From NCBI GenBank assembly GCA_001643675.2, contig LSRY02000009.1, forward strand, positions 496,001 to 560,000: a stretch of 64,000 bases of DNA, written 5' to 3'. The stretch is from Monocercomonoides exilis PA203. Taxonomy: Eukaryota > Protista > Preaxostyla. Positions 49,231-61,930 of this stretch are shown in pieces. Each line of letters begins with the position of its first letter. The stretch's first letter is position 1. The position numbers were made by a program, and so were the translations under genes. The notes beneath the pieces are model-generated. The model saw only the letters and a program-made list of their open reading frames with translations. It made no database searches and was not told the DNA's origin.

Positions 49231-52069
49231 TAATGCTCCTTGTTCACAATTTTTTTCAGATCATATTTAGAAATAAACAGAAAATTTCCACAAAGAGTCT
49301 TAGTGCAACCAATGAAGTCGATAAATTCCATAAAAGGTCAACGAAATTTTCAATCAGTCACAGCATCACTCTTTCTCCATTTCCACTGTTATTGTATCTG
49401 TTGATTTTTGTAGTCCTGTTTGCAGGTGCTTATGATTGAGGAGATAATGAATGAGAAGTGAGAAAAAATGTCACACATCCATGTTGCTTTGCGAAGAAAA
49501 ATGAAAAGGAAATGAGCCTGCTTATGATAAAAATGTGAAATATAAAGAAGAAGAAAGAGATTGATTTGTTTTTTCATTTGTTTCATGTGAAAACTTCGAC
49601 AGAGTTGAGCAACATGCATGCAACTTAGCGAATCGGAACATTAGTGAAGAGAATTGAATAAGGTGATGTTTCAACAAGATCAAAAAACGAAGGATCTTGT
49701 AACTTCCAATTCACCTCCAACATTCTCATCGGCTTCTCTTCTTCCTCAACTTTTCCACTTTTATGACAAAACATGAACAAGTTTCCACTGTTATTTTCCA
49801 TATCTTTTCAAATTCAGCCTTTTGAATATTTTCTCCCATATTATTATGCAATTTCCACAAGGGAACATTTCTGTATCAAATTGTGCATCTTTCAATAAAG
49901 TGAACAACAATTCGTTCGAAAAACTCATTGCTTGTTTAGGAAACGATTGAAGTCCTTTTCTCTTTATCAGTCGTTGCCAATGAAAATATCATCATCACAA
50001 TACTAAAAAGGTGATTTAACAGAATGAAATGAAGAGGAAAAAACACTGGTTCACTTCTTCCCTTAAGCAGAAGTTCGTGTTTGTCAAATAGAATTTCAAC
50101 TGCTTCAATGGTGCGTTGTTCAACTGGTGGATTAGCGTCCTCTGTTTTGAAAATATAACTTTTCAATTCTCCATGAAAATGCATGTGCAAATCTCAAATT
50201 CCTCTCAAATGTGATGCAAAAGAAGAGTTTGTGATTGTGTGTTGAATTCTGGATGTTGAAGAAAAAAGAATTGAAAGATACAAATGAAGAGGATGATAAG
50301 TTATTATCTTTTTTCTTGGAATTTGTCAGAAACTGAAGAATAATATTTTCAGTGATAATCTGAAGTATCAGAAGAAGAAATAACAGAAGAAGAGAAGTGA
50401 GAAAGTCTATTGAACGGAAATGCAAGCGAACAGATGTTTATGTTGCGTTCACTTCACATAAGCAAAACAACTGAGAAATAAGCAATTTTTGTCTTCTTGT
50501 CAATTTCAAAACCAATTTTTCATCATATTTAATAATCTCTTATTATTCAAATGATTTATGTTATCCATTCATTAGTGCAACATCGTATTTTATTTAATTT
50601 CTTCATCTTCTTCAAGTAATCTCTTCTATTGCAAACTGAATCTTCTTTTTTTCTTGTTCTTCAAACTCATCCAATTCTTATTCATTGTCTTCTTCTTCTT
50701 GATTTCATTCTAAATGTTTGTTGCAACAAAAAATGAATAAATTCTTCAGATGATGCCGATTCATTTGAAGAAGAAGAAGACATAGATGATGAAAGAATTG
50801 AATGAGATAATTCATTGTTGAAAATTGTGAAGATGAAAGCCAATATATATCTTCGGAGAAAATCATTGAAATTCTTTTCTTCAGTATCTTTTTCTTCTTC
50901 CGAGCAGAAACCTCTGAATCTTTTTCACTTTCAGCTCAATCTCTTTCTCTCTTACCAACAAAAAATAGGAAATATTGATCAATATCTTTTTCATTCCATT
51001 TCTTTCAGTTTTTCGCTTCCATTTTTTCACAAAAAATCTTCTTTTCTCTAAAACTATTCATCACCAATGCCCAATGTCAGGCATCTTCATTATGTCTCGA
51101 ATATCATCTGTCCACCTTTAATTTTCTTTTCCTGCTTTTCATCTTCTTCTTCAAAGCCATCTAATCCTTCGCTCTTTCAACATCCTGAATGAAAAAATAA
51201 TTATCACTTCAAAATAAATAACAACAACAAACCTTCTTAACATATTTTTCAGTCAATAACTCTATGTTATTCCATTGGTATCTGTTTCCCTCCAATAAAA
51301 ATTCATTATTCCTTCTGTTTTCGACAGATTTGTCATCCAATTCACCAATAGTCCTTTCCAAGGTTATTCCCATCCTCAAATGCATCTATTTCTTGCTCTT
51401 ATGAAACATGTCCAGAAATGTTTTCTTCTCAATTTCATCAGGTTTGTTCAAAATAAATCAGCACTAAACACTTTCTATCGTTTGACATGAGCAGTCATCA
51501 ACAGTCCTCACCGTCCACCAGTGACGTTTTGCAATGATAGACAAAAATTCTCCTATTTTTGGATAATAACAAATAAAAGAATCTTTGCAAAATTTGCCGT
51601 TGGAAATATCTTCACGATTTATCGAACAACATAAAATACACGCACACAAATTTATTATTTCAAAAAAATAAAATAATTGAATTTCATGAACCATACAAAT
51701 ATAATAATCAACAGAATGAATTTCAATTTCAATGCAACTCCAACATTGCCTGATGTTATCACAGGATATATTATTTCCTGTTCTATAGGAAATATTAATG
51801 CTTGGATTTCTCAATTTGTATTTGATATTTCTGTTCAAATATTTCTGTTCGATCGAAGAATCCATTATAAAATATTTCAATTGATAAACCGTTCTTTATC
51901 TTTGAATTATCTTTCAAAAATGTCAGCATATAGAAGGAAGGTATGAATAAAGATATTTTTATGGCTGTTAAGCGTAAATTTTCATGTATTTTTTTCTGTC
52001 CAAACGTGTGTTTATTCAACATGAATATTCAAAATTGTGTTGTTCAATGACTTCAATGCATTTTCATAA

Positions 52070-53548
52070 ATGTAGACGATTAGCATTATTGAAAGATTCA
52101 CTGGTTTGCAAGCGTTGTTGAATTTTAATTCTGAAGAATGTATTTCTTTCTTATTTTTTAAAAGAATTGTTTTCCAAGCTTGAAGATCGCAATGAGGAAG
52201 ATCAGAAACAAAAAATCTCTGAAATGAAGGGGATAATTGATGAAATGAATAAAGAAGAATTTAAATCCGTTATCACAAAAGAACTGTTTGACAAAATATG
52301 CAGAATATTTGAAGAAAAGAAATTACCTGCAGAGAATATGATTTTGCTATTGAAGCATGTTGGATGTGTCAATGTGCTGAAAAATGTATGGGTGCATGGT
52401 TTTGAAGAATCTTCTTTGAAGGAAAAGATAAAGAAGATGATGATTGATGAAAGTGAGAAAGATGAAGGAAAGAGAGAAAAGCTACTGGCAGATCTTTGCG
52501 AATGCTATCTTATGCTGAACATCGGGAATTCATCAGAATTATATCCAATTTGTGTGCCTTGTCTTCTGAAAGTTGCGTTGAAGAAAGAGGAAAACGAGGA
52601 GACTCAGAACGAAGCGGAAATGGCATTACTGGCTTTGTGTTGTATTTGTTCATTATCAGTGTGAACATTTCTATTTCCATTTTGATATTATAAATTTTTC
52701 TTTTTTTATTTTTTCTTTGTTTATTTTTTTCAAAGGAAATGGAGCCAAAACTTTTCCTGAATGAAACAAAAGATATCATCAAATATCATCAAGAACATCA
52801 CAATCTGACAAGGCTTGCATATCAATCTGCTTGGGAGTTTTTGATTTGCCGACTTTGGAGTCAAAAAAGCTTGGAAGATGCCATTATTGATGAGCTGCAT
52901 TTTTGTAGAGAAGCAGAAAGAGAATTAAAAGAACTGATGAAATGTGTTGATTGGAAGAGAAAAGAAGAGATAGAGAAAGGAAAAGAAACGAAAGAAGAGA
53001 TTCATTTAGTGGGATGGCTCCGAACACTGAAAATTTACTTGGAATACAGTGGATTACATGGTAAAGAACAAGTTGATCTTATAAACCTCGTTATTCAGAT
53101 TTTTCAAGAATCAAACGCTGATCAAATAGAAATACGCACCTGGTGCATGAGTATATTTAGAGGAGCAGCTGGTTGCAGAGCAGTGAAAATTAAAGACTTG
53201 CTGGAGAGTGGTGCTGCTGATGTAATCTTGGAGGAAATTTAGCAACCAACGTCGAAGGACAAAATTACATTTAATGGCTTGACATTTTTTCAGAATGTTT
53301 CAAGGAAATTAAATGGAAAGAAGAGAGAAGAAAGGAGAGATGATGAAGATGAAAAAGAAGTGGAGGAAAATGAAAAGGTTGAAAAGGATGATGAAATTGA
53401 AAAAATGAATAGGAAAGTGTTTGAAAAGTTGGAAGAAGAAGGATACGAATATTCCTTCATTAGTTTTCGAGAAAGATTTAACATTCTTAAAAGAGAAAAT
53501 TTTCGTAGTTTATCTTTGGATAGTTTTGATTATTCTGTTAATGTTTGA
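52070..53548 (+). pseudogene. Paralog 3 of the 'YHQEHHNLTRLAYQSAW' family with one in-frame TAG (53240-53242); start approximate
   Basis: ORFs 52167-52664, 52739-53242 and 53279-53548; the last two are in the same frame and similarity to the paralogs continues across the TAG. Confidence 0.75.
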
Positions 53549-54958
53549 GAAAATGAGATGAATTGATTCTTATGAATCAAAAATTTTATTTAAAGAATTA
53601 TTTCGCAATTCAACAAACAATTGAAAGAATTTATAAAAAAAAGTCTGTTTTTATTTTCATCACTGCACAATGGAACAAAGTTTGAAAAAGAATGAATGAA
53701 TAAAAAGAAAAGAATGAAAAAACTGGAAAAAGGAAATAGAAAAACAAAAACAAAAATGACTATTTGAAGGGGAAAAAGAAGAAATCTATGATTAATGCGG
53801 AGTAATGATGATCTTCAAATTAACAAAAACATAAAAATGACAACAAGTGGGAAAAAAATAAATGAAATTGAGATTTTTCGTCAGAATATTTCCAACGAAA
53901 CACTTTTGAACAAACAAGTGGAAAAAATAAATTAACTTTGTTGTTTAATAGGAAATTGACTTTTTTGATGATATTAACTGGGGCTGGGTTACAAGAATGG
54001 GAAAGAAACTATTTGTCATTAAAAGTTTTGCTTTTATGAACCGGAAGAACATGAATTAATAATTCTTATCAGTCATTCATTTCATATGGGGGAAAATATG
54101 AACTTTCAAGCTTTTTTTGCACAAAGCATGAAAAAATTGTTTCACTTATAACATATTAAACTTTATCAGATTTCAAAATAAATTAGATTTTCATATCTGT
54201 AAACAAACATCATTGAAATCAAAACCCAAAGTTTTCCAACATTTCACAAATGTCAAAAAATGAACTCATTTTTTTACAAATTTTTTGATCACAAAAAGTT
54301 AATCAAAAGTTCATAATTTTTCAAAAAAAATGCCTGAAATCAAATATTTTGTCCCATGTTGATAAAAAGATATCATATTATTTAGTTTTTTTTTATCAAT
54401 GTTTAACAAGTATTTCCACGAGCTTTTGAAATTAAGTTCTTTGAATGTTAACATTGTTTTTTACAAATTCTTATTCGCGTTTTTGGAAATTCTTGAAACT
54501 ATCGATATTTATTTTTCCAACAATTTTCACTCATCGTATAAATAAAATAAAATAGAAATCTTGAAGGAATAAGTTAATTTTTTTCAGAAATTCATAAAAC
54601 GTGATTGAAAAATAAATTAGTGTCGCAAATATAAAATGTGGAATTAAATACTTATAAAAACTTTATTAATCAATGTCAAACATTGATAAAAAAATACCAA
54701 AGAATTTGATATTTTATCATCAGAATAAAAAAGAAAAAACTTTTTTCCAGATGCATTATTTTCCAATATAACAAAATTGTTTGTGTGCTTGTTTCATTTT
54801 TTTAAACAGAATTTATCGCGAGATGAGAAAAAAGTTTGGATTCAATAAAAACAAGGTTCAAATAAAAATCAAACCCTAAATAAATTAAATAAATCGAATT
54901 TTGAATCTTTTTGATAATATAGAATGAAGAAAATTTGAATGACTGATATATGTTGCAG

Positions 54959-56015
54959 ATCACAACTTTAAGAAACATTCAGAAACTCGTTTTTATTAAG
55001 ATTTTTTGTGATATAATAATTTTATATACTTTAATAATTCATGATAGGGGTGAATATTTCATTTCTGTAATTCCGTTTTTTTTATGAAAAAAATCAAATT
55101 TTCAAAAACATTGTGGTTATGATCAATTATTTGGGGGATTATTTTTGAAATTATATCTTTTTTCTGGGTGTTGATTTTTCAAAAATTGTTTGTTTTTTAA
55201 AAGAAAATTTTAAAATTCAAAAGAGATAAAGCATGATAATTGTTTCCGAATTCATATGGTTTTTCCGAATCAAAGATAAAAATGTATTCAATAGGCCTTT
55301 TCACATTTCAATTTTTTGATTTGTATTCTTGAAAAATTTTTGCACAGAAATTTTTGTATGAAAAAATTTGATTTTTAAAATAATCACCCGTATTTCAAAT
55401 AATATTTATCGAAATCAATTTATAAAAAGAGTTGTTTCAAATTTTTTATGAAATATTTTCCTTTTTTTCTTTGACAAACAAATGAAAATAGAAGTGAGCA
55501 CTTTATTCAAATATTTATTTTTTTTTCATTTTATCAAACACGTGAAAAAGTGATTATTTGATTTTAACCCTAACACTTTTTTAAAAAAAATGAAAAAATT
55601 TTTTCACAAACCATAAACCTTATATATTGGTTCGGGAGAAAACCATAAAGCAAAAGGAAATCCAATGAGTTCATTTTCACGTATTTTATTCCTTAAAAAC
55701 AATAAAATATAACAAACAAAAAAGAACTTCGAATTACTTAAATTCACATGCTTTGAATTGAAAGATTTTGACAAACAAACCAATTTGAACGAAACTGTGA
55801 AATTTCCAAAAATTGTTAAATTATCAAACAAAAATTTTAGATTTCAATTTGATCATAACCGCAATATTTTCGAAAATTTGATTTTTTTCATGGAAAAAAC
55901 GGAATTACAGAAATGAAAAATTCACACCTAGCATGTTTATAATATTATAACAAATCATTCTGTCACAAAAAATCTGAATAAAAACGAGTTTCTGAATGTT
56001 TCTTAAAGTTGTGAT
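54959..56015. mobile_element. ~1.06-kb element with ~170-bp imperfect terminal inverted repeats
   Basis: ATCACAACTTTAAGAAACATTCAGAAACTCGTTTTTATT...TGTAATTCCGTTTT...GGTTATGATCAA (54959-55126) is mirrored at 55849-56015; no TSD seen. Confidence 0.7.
55133..55389 (+). mobile_element. 257-bp MITE, copy 3, nested in the long-TIR element
   Basis: GGGGGATTATTTTTGAAATTATATC...AAAATAATCACCC; ATTT on the left, right flank altered. Confidence 0.7.
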
Positions 56016-56027
56016 TAACCAATTAAT

Positions 56028-56092
56028 TAAGCCTTTGCAACAAGAGATTTTTTTGATTTATGTGTCGGTCAAAGATGATGTGCAATATCGAG
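56028..56092. mobile_element. Solo relic of the hAT terminus seen at 4391
   Basis: TAAGCCTTTGCAACAAG...TGTCGGTCAAAGA...TATCGAG is co-linear with TAGACCTTTGCGACAAG...TGTCGGTCGAAAGA...TGTCGAG. Confidence 0.55.
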
Positions 56093-57224
56093 TTCGCATT
56101 TTTTCGTTTTTTTTCACTGTATTCGGAAATTTTGGTGACTTTTTAATATTTTTGTCATTATCAATTTTTAATTATAAAATAGATAAATTACCTATTTCAA
56201 GTATTCATTTTTATTGTATTAAAGTACCATAATTTCAACATTGATATTTTTATTGTTGGAGAAATAATCCTTTCTGGCTGTATTTTTGAGTACACTCGTT
56301 TCAGATGAATGGCATTTTCAAATTATAAGCTTTCAAACAAATGTGTGAGATTTTAACTTTTTGTATCTTCAAACTGGCTATTAAATAATAAAGCGAAATA
56401 TATTGATCATTAACTTTTTGTTCTTTATTTGATAAATAAATTAAACTTCAGATTTAACTTTTTCCAACTACAAGAAATCAGCACGTTGTAATATTGGAAT
56501 TGCTCGATTTAATATTTTCGCATTATTTCAAAGATTTGTTTGAGAATAAAGAATGTACAAATGACGTCTTAACAATCAATATTTTACTATTTCAAATTGT
56601 TGAATATTTCAATTTTAGTTTTAGTGTTTTAAAAAATGAACTTTCAAAGATATTTTTGCAAGTTCATTTTTTTTAACTGCTTTATTAACTTATGTTACCT
56701 AAGTTTGAAAATATTTTTTTTTAAATTTCTTGTCATTTCGATGATAATAAAACATTCAAACAAGAATTATCTATTGACTTTGAACTCAACAAATCTTTTC
56801 GAATGCAAATAATCCAATAAATAAATATAATTATTTTCCAACCTTGTTACTAAAAATTAAATGCGTTCAAAAAGTTTGTTTTAACATTGAATTGAAGTTT
56901 TGAAAAGTGACTAATATAATTGTGATTTGTGAAAGGTTTTTATATGAGTTGAACTGTGATATTTGTGTTTTTGTTTCGAATTAATCAGATGGTTGGAAAA
57001 GGAGGAGATGCGTGATTGTAATAAATGAGCTTGAACTTGAAAAATGAATGAGCGTTTCATTAACACAGAATATTGAAAAAAACAGCCAAACAAATAATAG
57101 AATCCCTTCGTTTAAAGTTATCGACTGTTCATTTTCGAGCACACGAATTAATGAAACAAAGATGGAGCTAGTGTTAAGGTCTCATTTGATAATTCCATAA
57201 AACGCTTTTTGGATGAGTGTGCAA

Positions 57225-58631
57225 TGAAGAGTATCAAAAGCGCTTATTGCGCAGAAAAAGGAGGAATGAAAGTGGTGGTGAAGATTGAAGAATCATTTTT
57301 GAAAAATCAATGATTGCTCTTTTTCGATTTGAACGTGCTCGACGGAATCAGAGCGTAGTGGAGAGCTGTTTATCAATGGAGCCGATCCAAATGTTAACTA
57401 TGCTGATGAAACTCAGATACCATGCCTGAGGATTTTCATTGTGAATATCATGTTTTGTATGAATGAGGCTTTTGTTGGGAAAGATATATTCATCAAATGC
57501 TACTCAATTATTCGACAGATCAACGAAACGATGTTTGCTTTGAACTTCAACCAGGAATCATTGAACTCAGACAACTCCATCTGCGGGAGGGATGTTGAGG
57601 GTGAGACAGATGTTGATCTGATTCCGCTGATAACATTCTTTTATGGGCTTCAAGTGTTTTTGAACGGGTCAGGGGCGGATGGCAGACGATGTGGGGCTCA
57701 GACCAATCCTTGTTCCAGTATCAATTGTGGGATTGACCACATTGAGCAAGGTGTGATGAATGCGATTCTGATTGACGGAGAAGGAGTTGTTTCTGGCGAC
57801 TGTGTGATTGGGGATCTGAATGTGAATTCATTCAAAAATTCCCAAGCGATTGTGAAGTTGAAATCGGATATTGAAAAATCAGCAGAGAATGATTGCGTCA
57901 TGGAGTTTGTGAATGAAATCGCTGTGGAGAAGTGCTCATTCGAGTTTGAAGATGGATTTGAAGCAACTCACTTTTATCATTTCAAAGTGAAGGACGGATC
58001 AATGGAGATACAAAAATGTGAATTCTGTACAACCGAAACTGAATAAAAAGTGAACAGTTCAGTTGTGAGTGTGGAAAGAAGAGAGCTGAGGATATTTGAT
58101 TCAGCATTCAGGAATCTTCATTCATCAGCATAAGTGCTTTCATTTTGTGAAGAGTCAAAAGTGGAAGTGGTTGAGACAATCATCACAAACATTGAATGTG
58201 AAAGCGATGTGGTAATGGTGGGAGGCAAAGCGAAAGTGGAAATGAAAGAGATGGTTATTGAAAATGTGAGCGTTCTGTCGGAAGGGTGTGCTATCGGAAT
58301 GGAAGAAGCTGAGCAAGAGGTGAGCGTGCTGTACTGCTCGTTTGGAAAATGCGAGAATTCGGTGAACAAGGGAAGCATGATGCAGATCGGGAATTCAAAG
58401 AATGTGAGGATTGAGGTGTGTGTGTTTGATGGAGAAAGAGAAGATGAAATAGTCAATGAAAAAAACAATAGAAAAGAAGGATTGTGCAAATGGAATGGGT
58501 CATTGGTTGATATTGAGAACAGCTATGTGGAGATGAGGGAAACAACAATCAGAAATAGCAAGATAGGTGGGTTGTGTGTAAGCGGAGGAAGTGCAGAAGA
58601 TAATGAGAGACGGAGTTCGGACTTTGATTGA
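57225..58631 (+). pseudogene. Internal fragment of the receptor-like surface protein family; inverted copy of 46985-48155
   Basis: ORFs 57441-58046 and 58134-58631 reproduce the minus-strand ORFs at 47-48 kb, including their stop codons. Confidence 0.85.
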
Positions 58632-58782
58632 AGATATAAAAAGAAAAGAAATTATTGAGATAATGGAGAAGATGTGGTTTGATGAGTCAAATGTCAGACA
58701 TTGATTGGTTAAGGTTGAAAAATGCTCTTCAAAATGCAATGAAGAATAAAGAATAACAAAACAAGACAAAACAAAAACAATT

Positions 58783-58783
<1 letters not shown>

Positions 58784-58850
<67 letters not shown>
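58784..58850. repeat. Poly(A) followed by (GA)n
   Basis: Direct inspection. Confidence 0.9.
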
Positions 58851-58853
<3 letters not shown>

Positions 58854-59003
58854 AAAATGAGTGGTAATAATTCGTTTCTGATCATGCTTTTAAACAAAAG
58901 GGTGCTTTGGAAAAAAGTAGTTTCGAACTTATTTAATTTTTTCTAAAATTGTTTTTTTGATTCACAAATTTTAATTATTAAATATTGCTCAAAGAAAGGA
59001 TTT

Positions 59004-59059
59004 AGGGTGATTTTTAAACCCGGACTTTTTCAAAAAAGTCCGGGTTTAAAAATCACCCT
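59004..59059. repeat. 56-bp palindrome (27-bp arms, 2-nt spacer)
   Basis: AGGGTGATTTTTAAACCCGGACTTTTT-CA-AAAAAGTCCGGGTTTAAAAATCACCCT. Confidence 0.95.
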
Positions 59060-59201
59060 CTTTATTAATCTATTCAGACATTATCTTTTGATATAAAATA
59101 TTGAAAAAAATAAAAAGATGAGAAAAGATTATGGAAGCATTGAGTGAAATTAAATTCTCAAAGAGATATATTTTAGCACCAAATAAATAATTACTCCCAT
59201 A

Positions 59202-61730
59202 ATGTTTTCAAAAAGAATGGATATTGAATCTTCAAAAAATCCAGAGAAAGTTCCGATTGCACAGGTTCTAGAGACAGCTAAAAAACTACATGAAAAAGGC
59301 GATTTTCAAGGTGTCATGCAATGCTTATCCGTTGCTGAACGAACATACCGCAAAGTTTGTTTCATTTATTTTTGACAATAATTAAGAATTTTGTTTTATT
59401 CATACAGCAACAAGACGCAGAAAGCGAAACACAGGTTCTTATTGCTACTGCACAATACTTATTTGATGGAAAAATGTGGGAACAATTGAACAACCGCATT
59501 GAAGAATTGACAAAAGTCCGTGGACCAATAATTGAGGTTTCATTTTGAGCTTTTGATTCTATGCCCGTAGCTATATAATGATTTTTTATTTGTTTCACGA
59601 TATAGTCATTGAAATCTTTATTTAAGCATTGCTCAAAACTTGCAAAGCAATTACCTGATGGCGAAATTGCTGTCGCACTTATCCAAACCCTTAGAAGAGT
59701 TACAGATGGAAACGTTAGAGCTAATTTTATTTTTCTTTGATTTTGCAAAGAATGTTTTTGTTTATGCGTTCAGATTGCATACGAAGCATTGAGGATAGAA
59801 TTGACAAGAATGCTTACATATATGTATGAAAGGTTGGGAAAATTGAAGGAAGCCGCTGACGTACTGATGGAGGTGCAAGTGGAAACAGCAGGCACGCTTT
59901 CTCGCGATGAGAGAGCCAAAATCCTTATCGAACAAGTAAGATTAAATTTGGCGGTTGACAATTTCATTCAAGCAGGCATTCAAGCGAAGAAATTTTCTCT
60001 AAAGCAAACAGAAAAACATTATGTGCGCATTCAATTTTTATTTATTAATTTACTATTACAAATATATTTTATCCAATTCTTTATCAACTGATGATTAGGT
60101 TGCATATTACACACAAATGATTATGATTCATTTGCACGAAGATGATTACATTTCTGTTGCCAGGGATTATCGAGCAATTTACAAGGCATGCGAAAAAGAG
60201 AAGCTGAAGAAAGATCAAAAATCATTGCAAACAGGCGGATGGGAAGGATGGGAAGACAAAGAAGAAGACGAAGCTGATGCAGAGAAAGAAAATGAAAAAG
60301 AAGAATCAGGAAAAATGGAAATTGACGAAGTCAAAACAAAAGGCGAGAAGAGGAGAGAGAAAGTTATTGCCACGCTCGACATGGCGCTTGCTGGCTTTGC
60401 TTCGTTTGTTGTGATGGCGCCTCTGAGCGAAGAGCAAAGGGATCTGAACATGGACTGCGTGAAGGAGACAAAGGCATCAAGCAAGTTTAAGACTCTTTCG
60501 TATGCTGTGTTATTGCGATTTGAGTTAAGAGCCATTAAAGAGGAGTTTTTATGTTCGAAATTGGGATTACTTTTTTCCCCAGCTTTGTTATTGAAATGAG
60601 TTATTGCATCATTATTGTTGAATTTCAAACGAAAAATAAAAAAAAAAATTCTTTTTAATTTTTAATTTTTATTTCTTTAATTAATGAATACTGTATTTGC
60701 TATTTATCTTTCTTTATTATGAAGAATGGTTGCTGAGTCGTTTTTGAAAGACGAGCGAATCGATCTTCCGATTGTCAAGCAGCATGTTGTGCCTTCTCTT
60801 CTCTCTGAATCTCCAATCTTTGAAGGAAATATTCCTATTGCTGGTTTGAAATACCATCTTTCTCTTTCACATTTCATAAGTTTTTCCCCCAACACTTTTT
60901 TCTGTATGTTTCATTATTCAAATAATTTATGTCGTGCTATTTCTTTGATATTTGCTATTCAGGTGAAAATCGGTGTTCGGTTTTGAACAACAAAGAAGAA
61001 CTGAAGAAAACGTTTTTGGAAAAGTTGTACCAGCGAATAACAGAACACGTATGATTGAGAAATCGAGAAATTACTTATTCGAAAAGACAAGCAATTTGAT
61101 TTTCTATTTTTATTTTTAATTTATTTTAGTGAATTTAATATTTATTTTCCCTTCTTTTTTTCTCACTTTTTATTGATATGATTATGCAACACTGTTTTGT
61201 GCTCTTCACAGGATCTCAGAGTCATTGCAAAGTTCTACAAGCAAATGCATTTCAGTCGCCTTGCTGAACTCCTTTCTCTTTCAAAAGAAGTTTGTGGCTG
61301 TTTATATATATTAAATGCAAATAACTATTTGATATGAAATTTCTTTCTTCTTTCATTCTATTTTTATTTTTGTTTTTATTTATTTTATTTTTTTATAAAA
61401 ATAATTGTTTTTTTAGGAGACTGAAAAAGTTGTTTCTCGAATGGTTGTGTCAAAAGAGATATACGGAAAAATTAATCGACCTGAAGGGTTTGATTAGTCT
61501 TTTTGAATATTTTTTTTCTATTTTATTTGAATTATTTTTCGTTTAAAATTAGAACAATAAACTTTGTGCAGCCTTTTTCATCTGTTGGCGTGTTGGATAA
61601 CTGGACATCATCGGTCACACTTCTTCTTTCCAAAATGGAGCGTGTTTCTCAACTTATTGAAAAAGAAAGAATCACATCAACAATACCAACAGAAGAAGAG
61701 GAGGAGGAACCATCCTCATCTTCTAGATAA
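59202..61730 (+). CDS. RPN5: 26S proteasome lid subunit Rpn5/PSMD12, multi-exon (about 9 introns); start 59202 or 59217
   Basis: Spliced motifs LRRVTDGN|IAYE, EAADVLMEVQVETAGTL, ILIEQVRL, VMAPLSEEQRDL, RITEH|DLRVIAKFYKQMHFSRLAELL, IYGKINRPEG-TINF and LDNW...LIEKE. Confidence 0.93.
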
Positions 61731-61930
61731 GTTTTTTTGACGTCTTGTCATTTCACTTCATGGATTTTAAAGTTATTTTTCATATAATTTTTATTAATAA
61801 ATTTTCAGTGAACCAAATTAAGGGTTGATCGAGTATAGAAAATAATTCTTTATTGAAGCTGAGAAGAGATGTTTGAGCAATTATTAAGCAACATACAATT
61901 TCTTTTTTGATGTAATATTTTCATTTATTC

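Noticed and set aside
49240-52000. Minus-strand protein-like relics (e.g. 49936-50190, 51464-51880)
   Set aside because: Frequent stops and no recognisable motif; no call can be supported.
54088-54765. Weak inverted matches (ATGAACTTT/AAAGTTCAT; TTTTTATCAATGTTT/AAACATTGATAAAAA)
   Set aside because: Possibly old MITEs, but short AT-rich matches without a TSD can arise by chance.
41033-56092. Pairing the 41033 hAT 5' end with the 56028 relic as one giant element
   Set aside because: Both termini point the same way and no shared 8-bp TSD is present.
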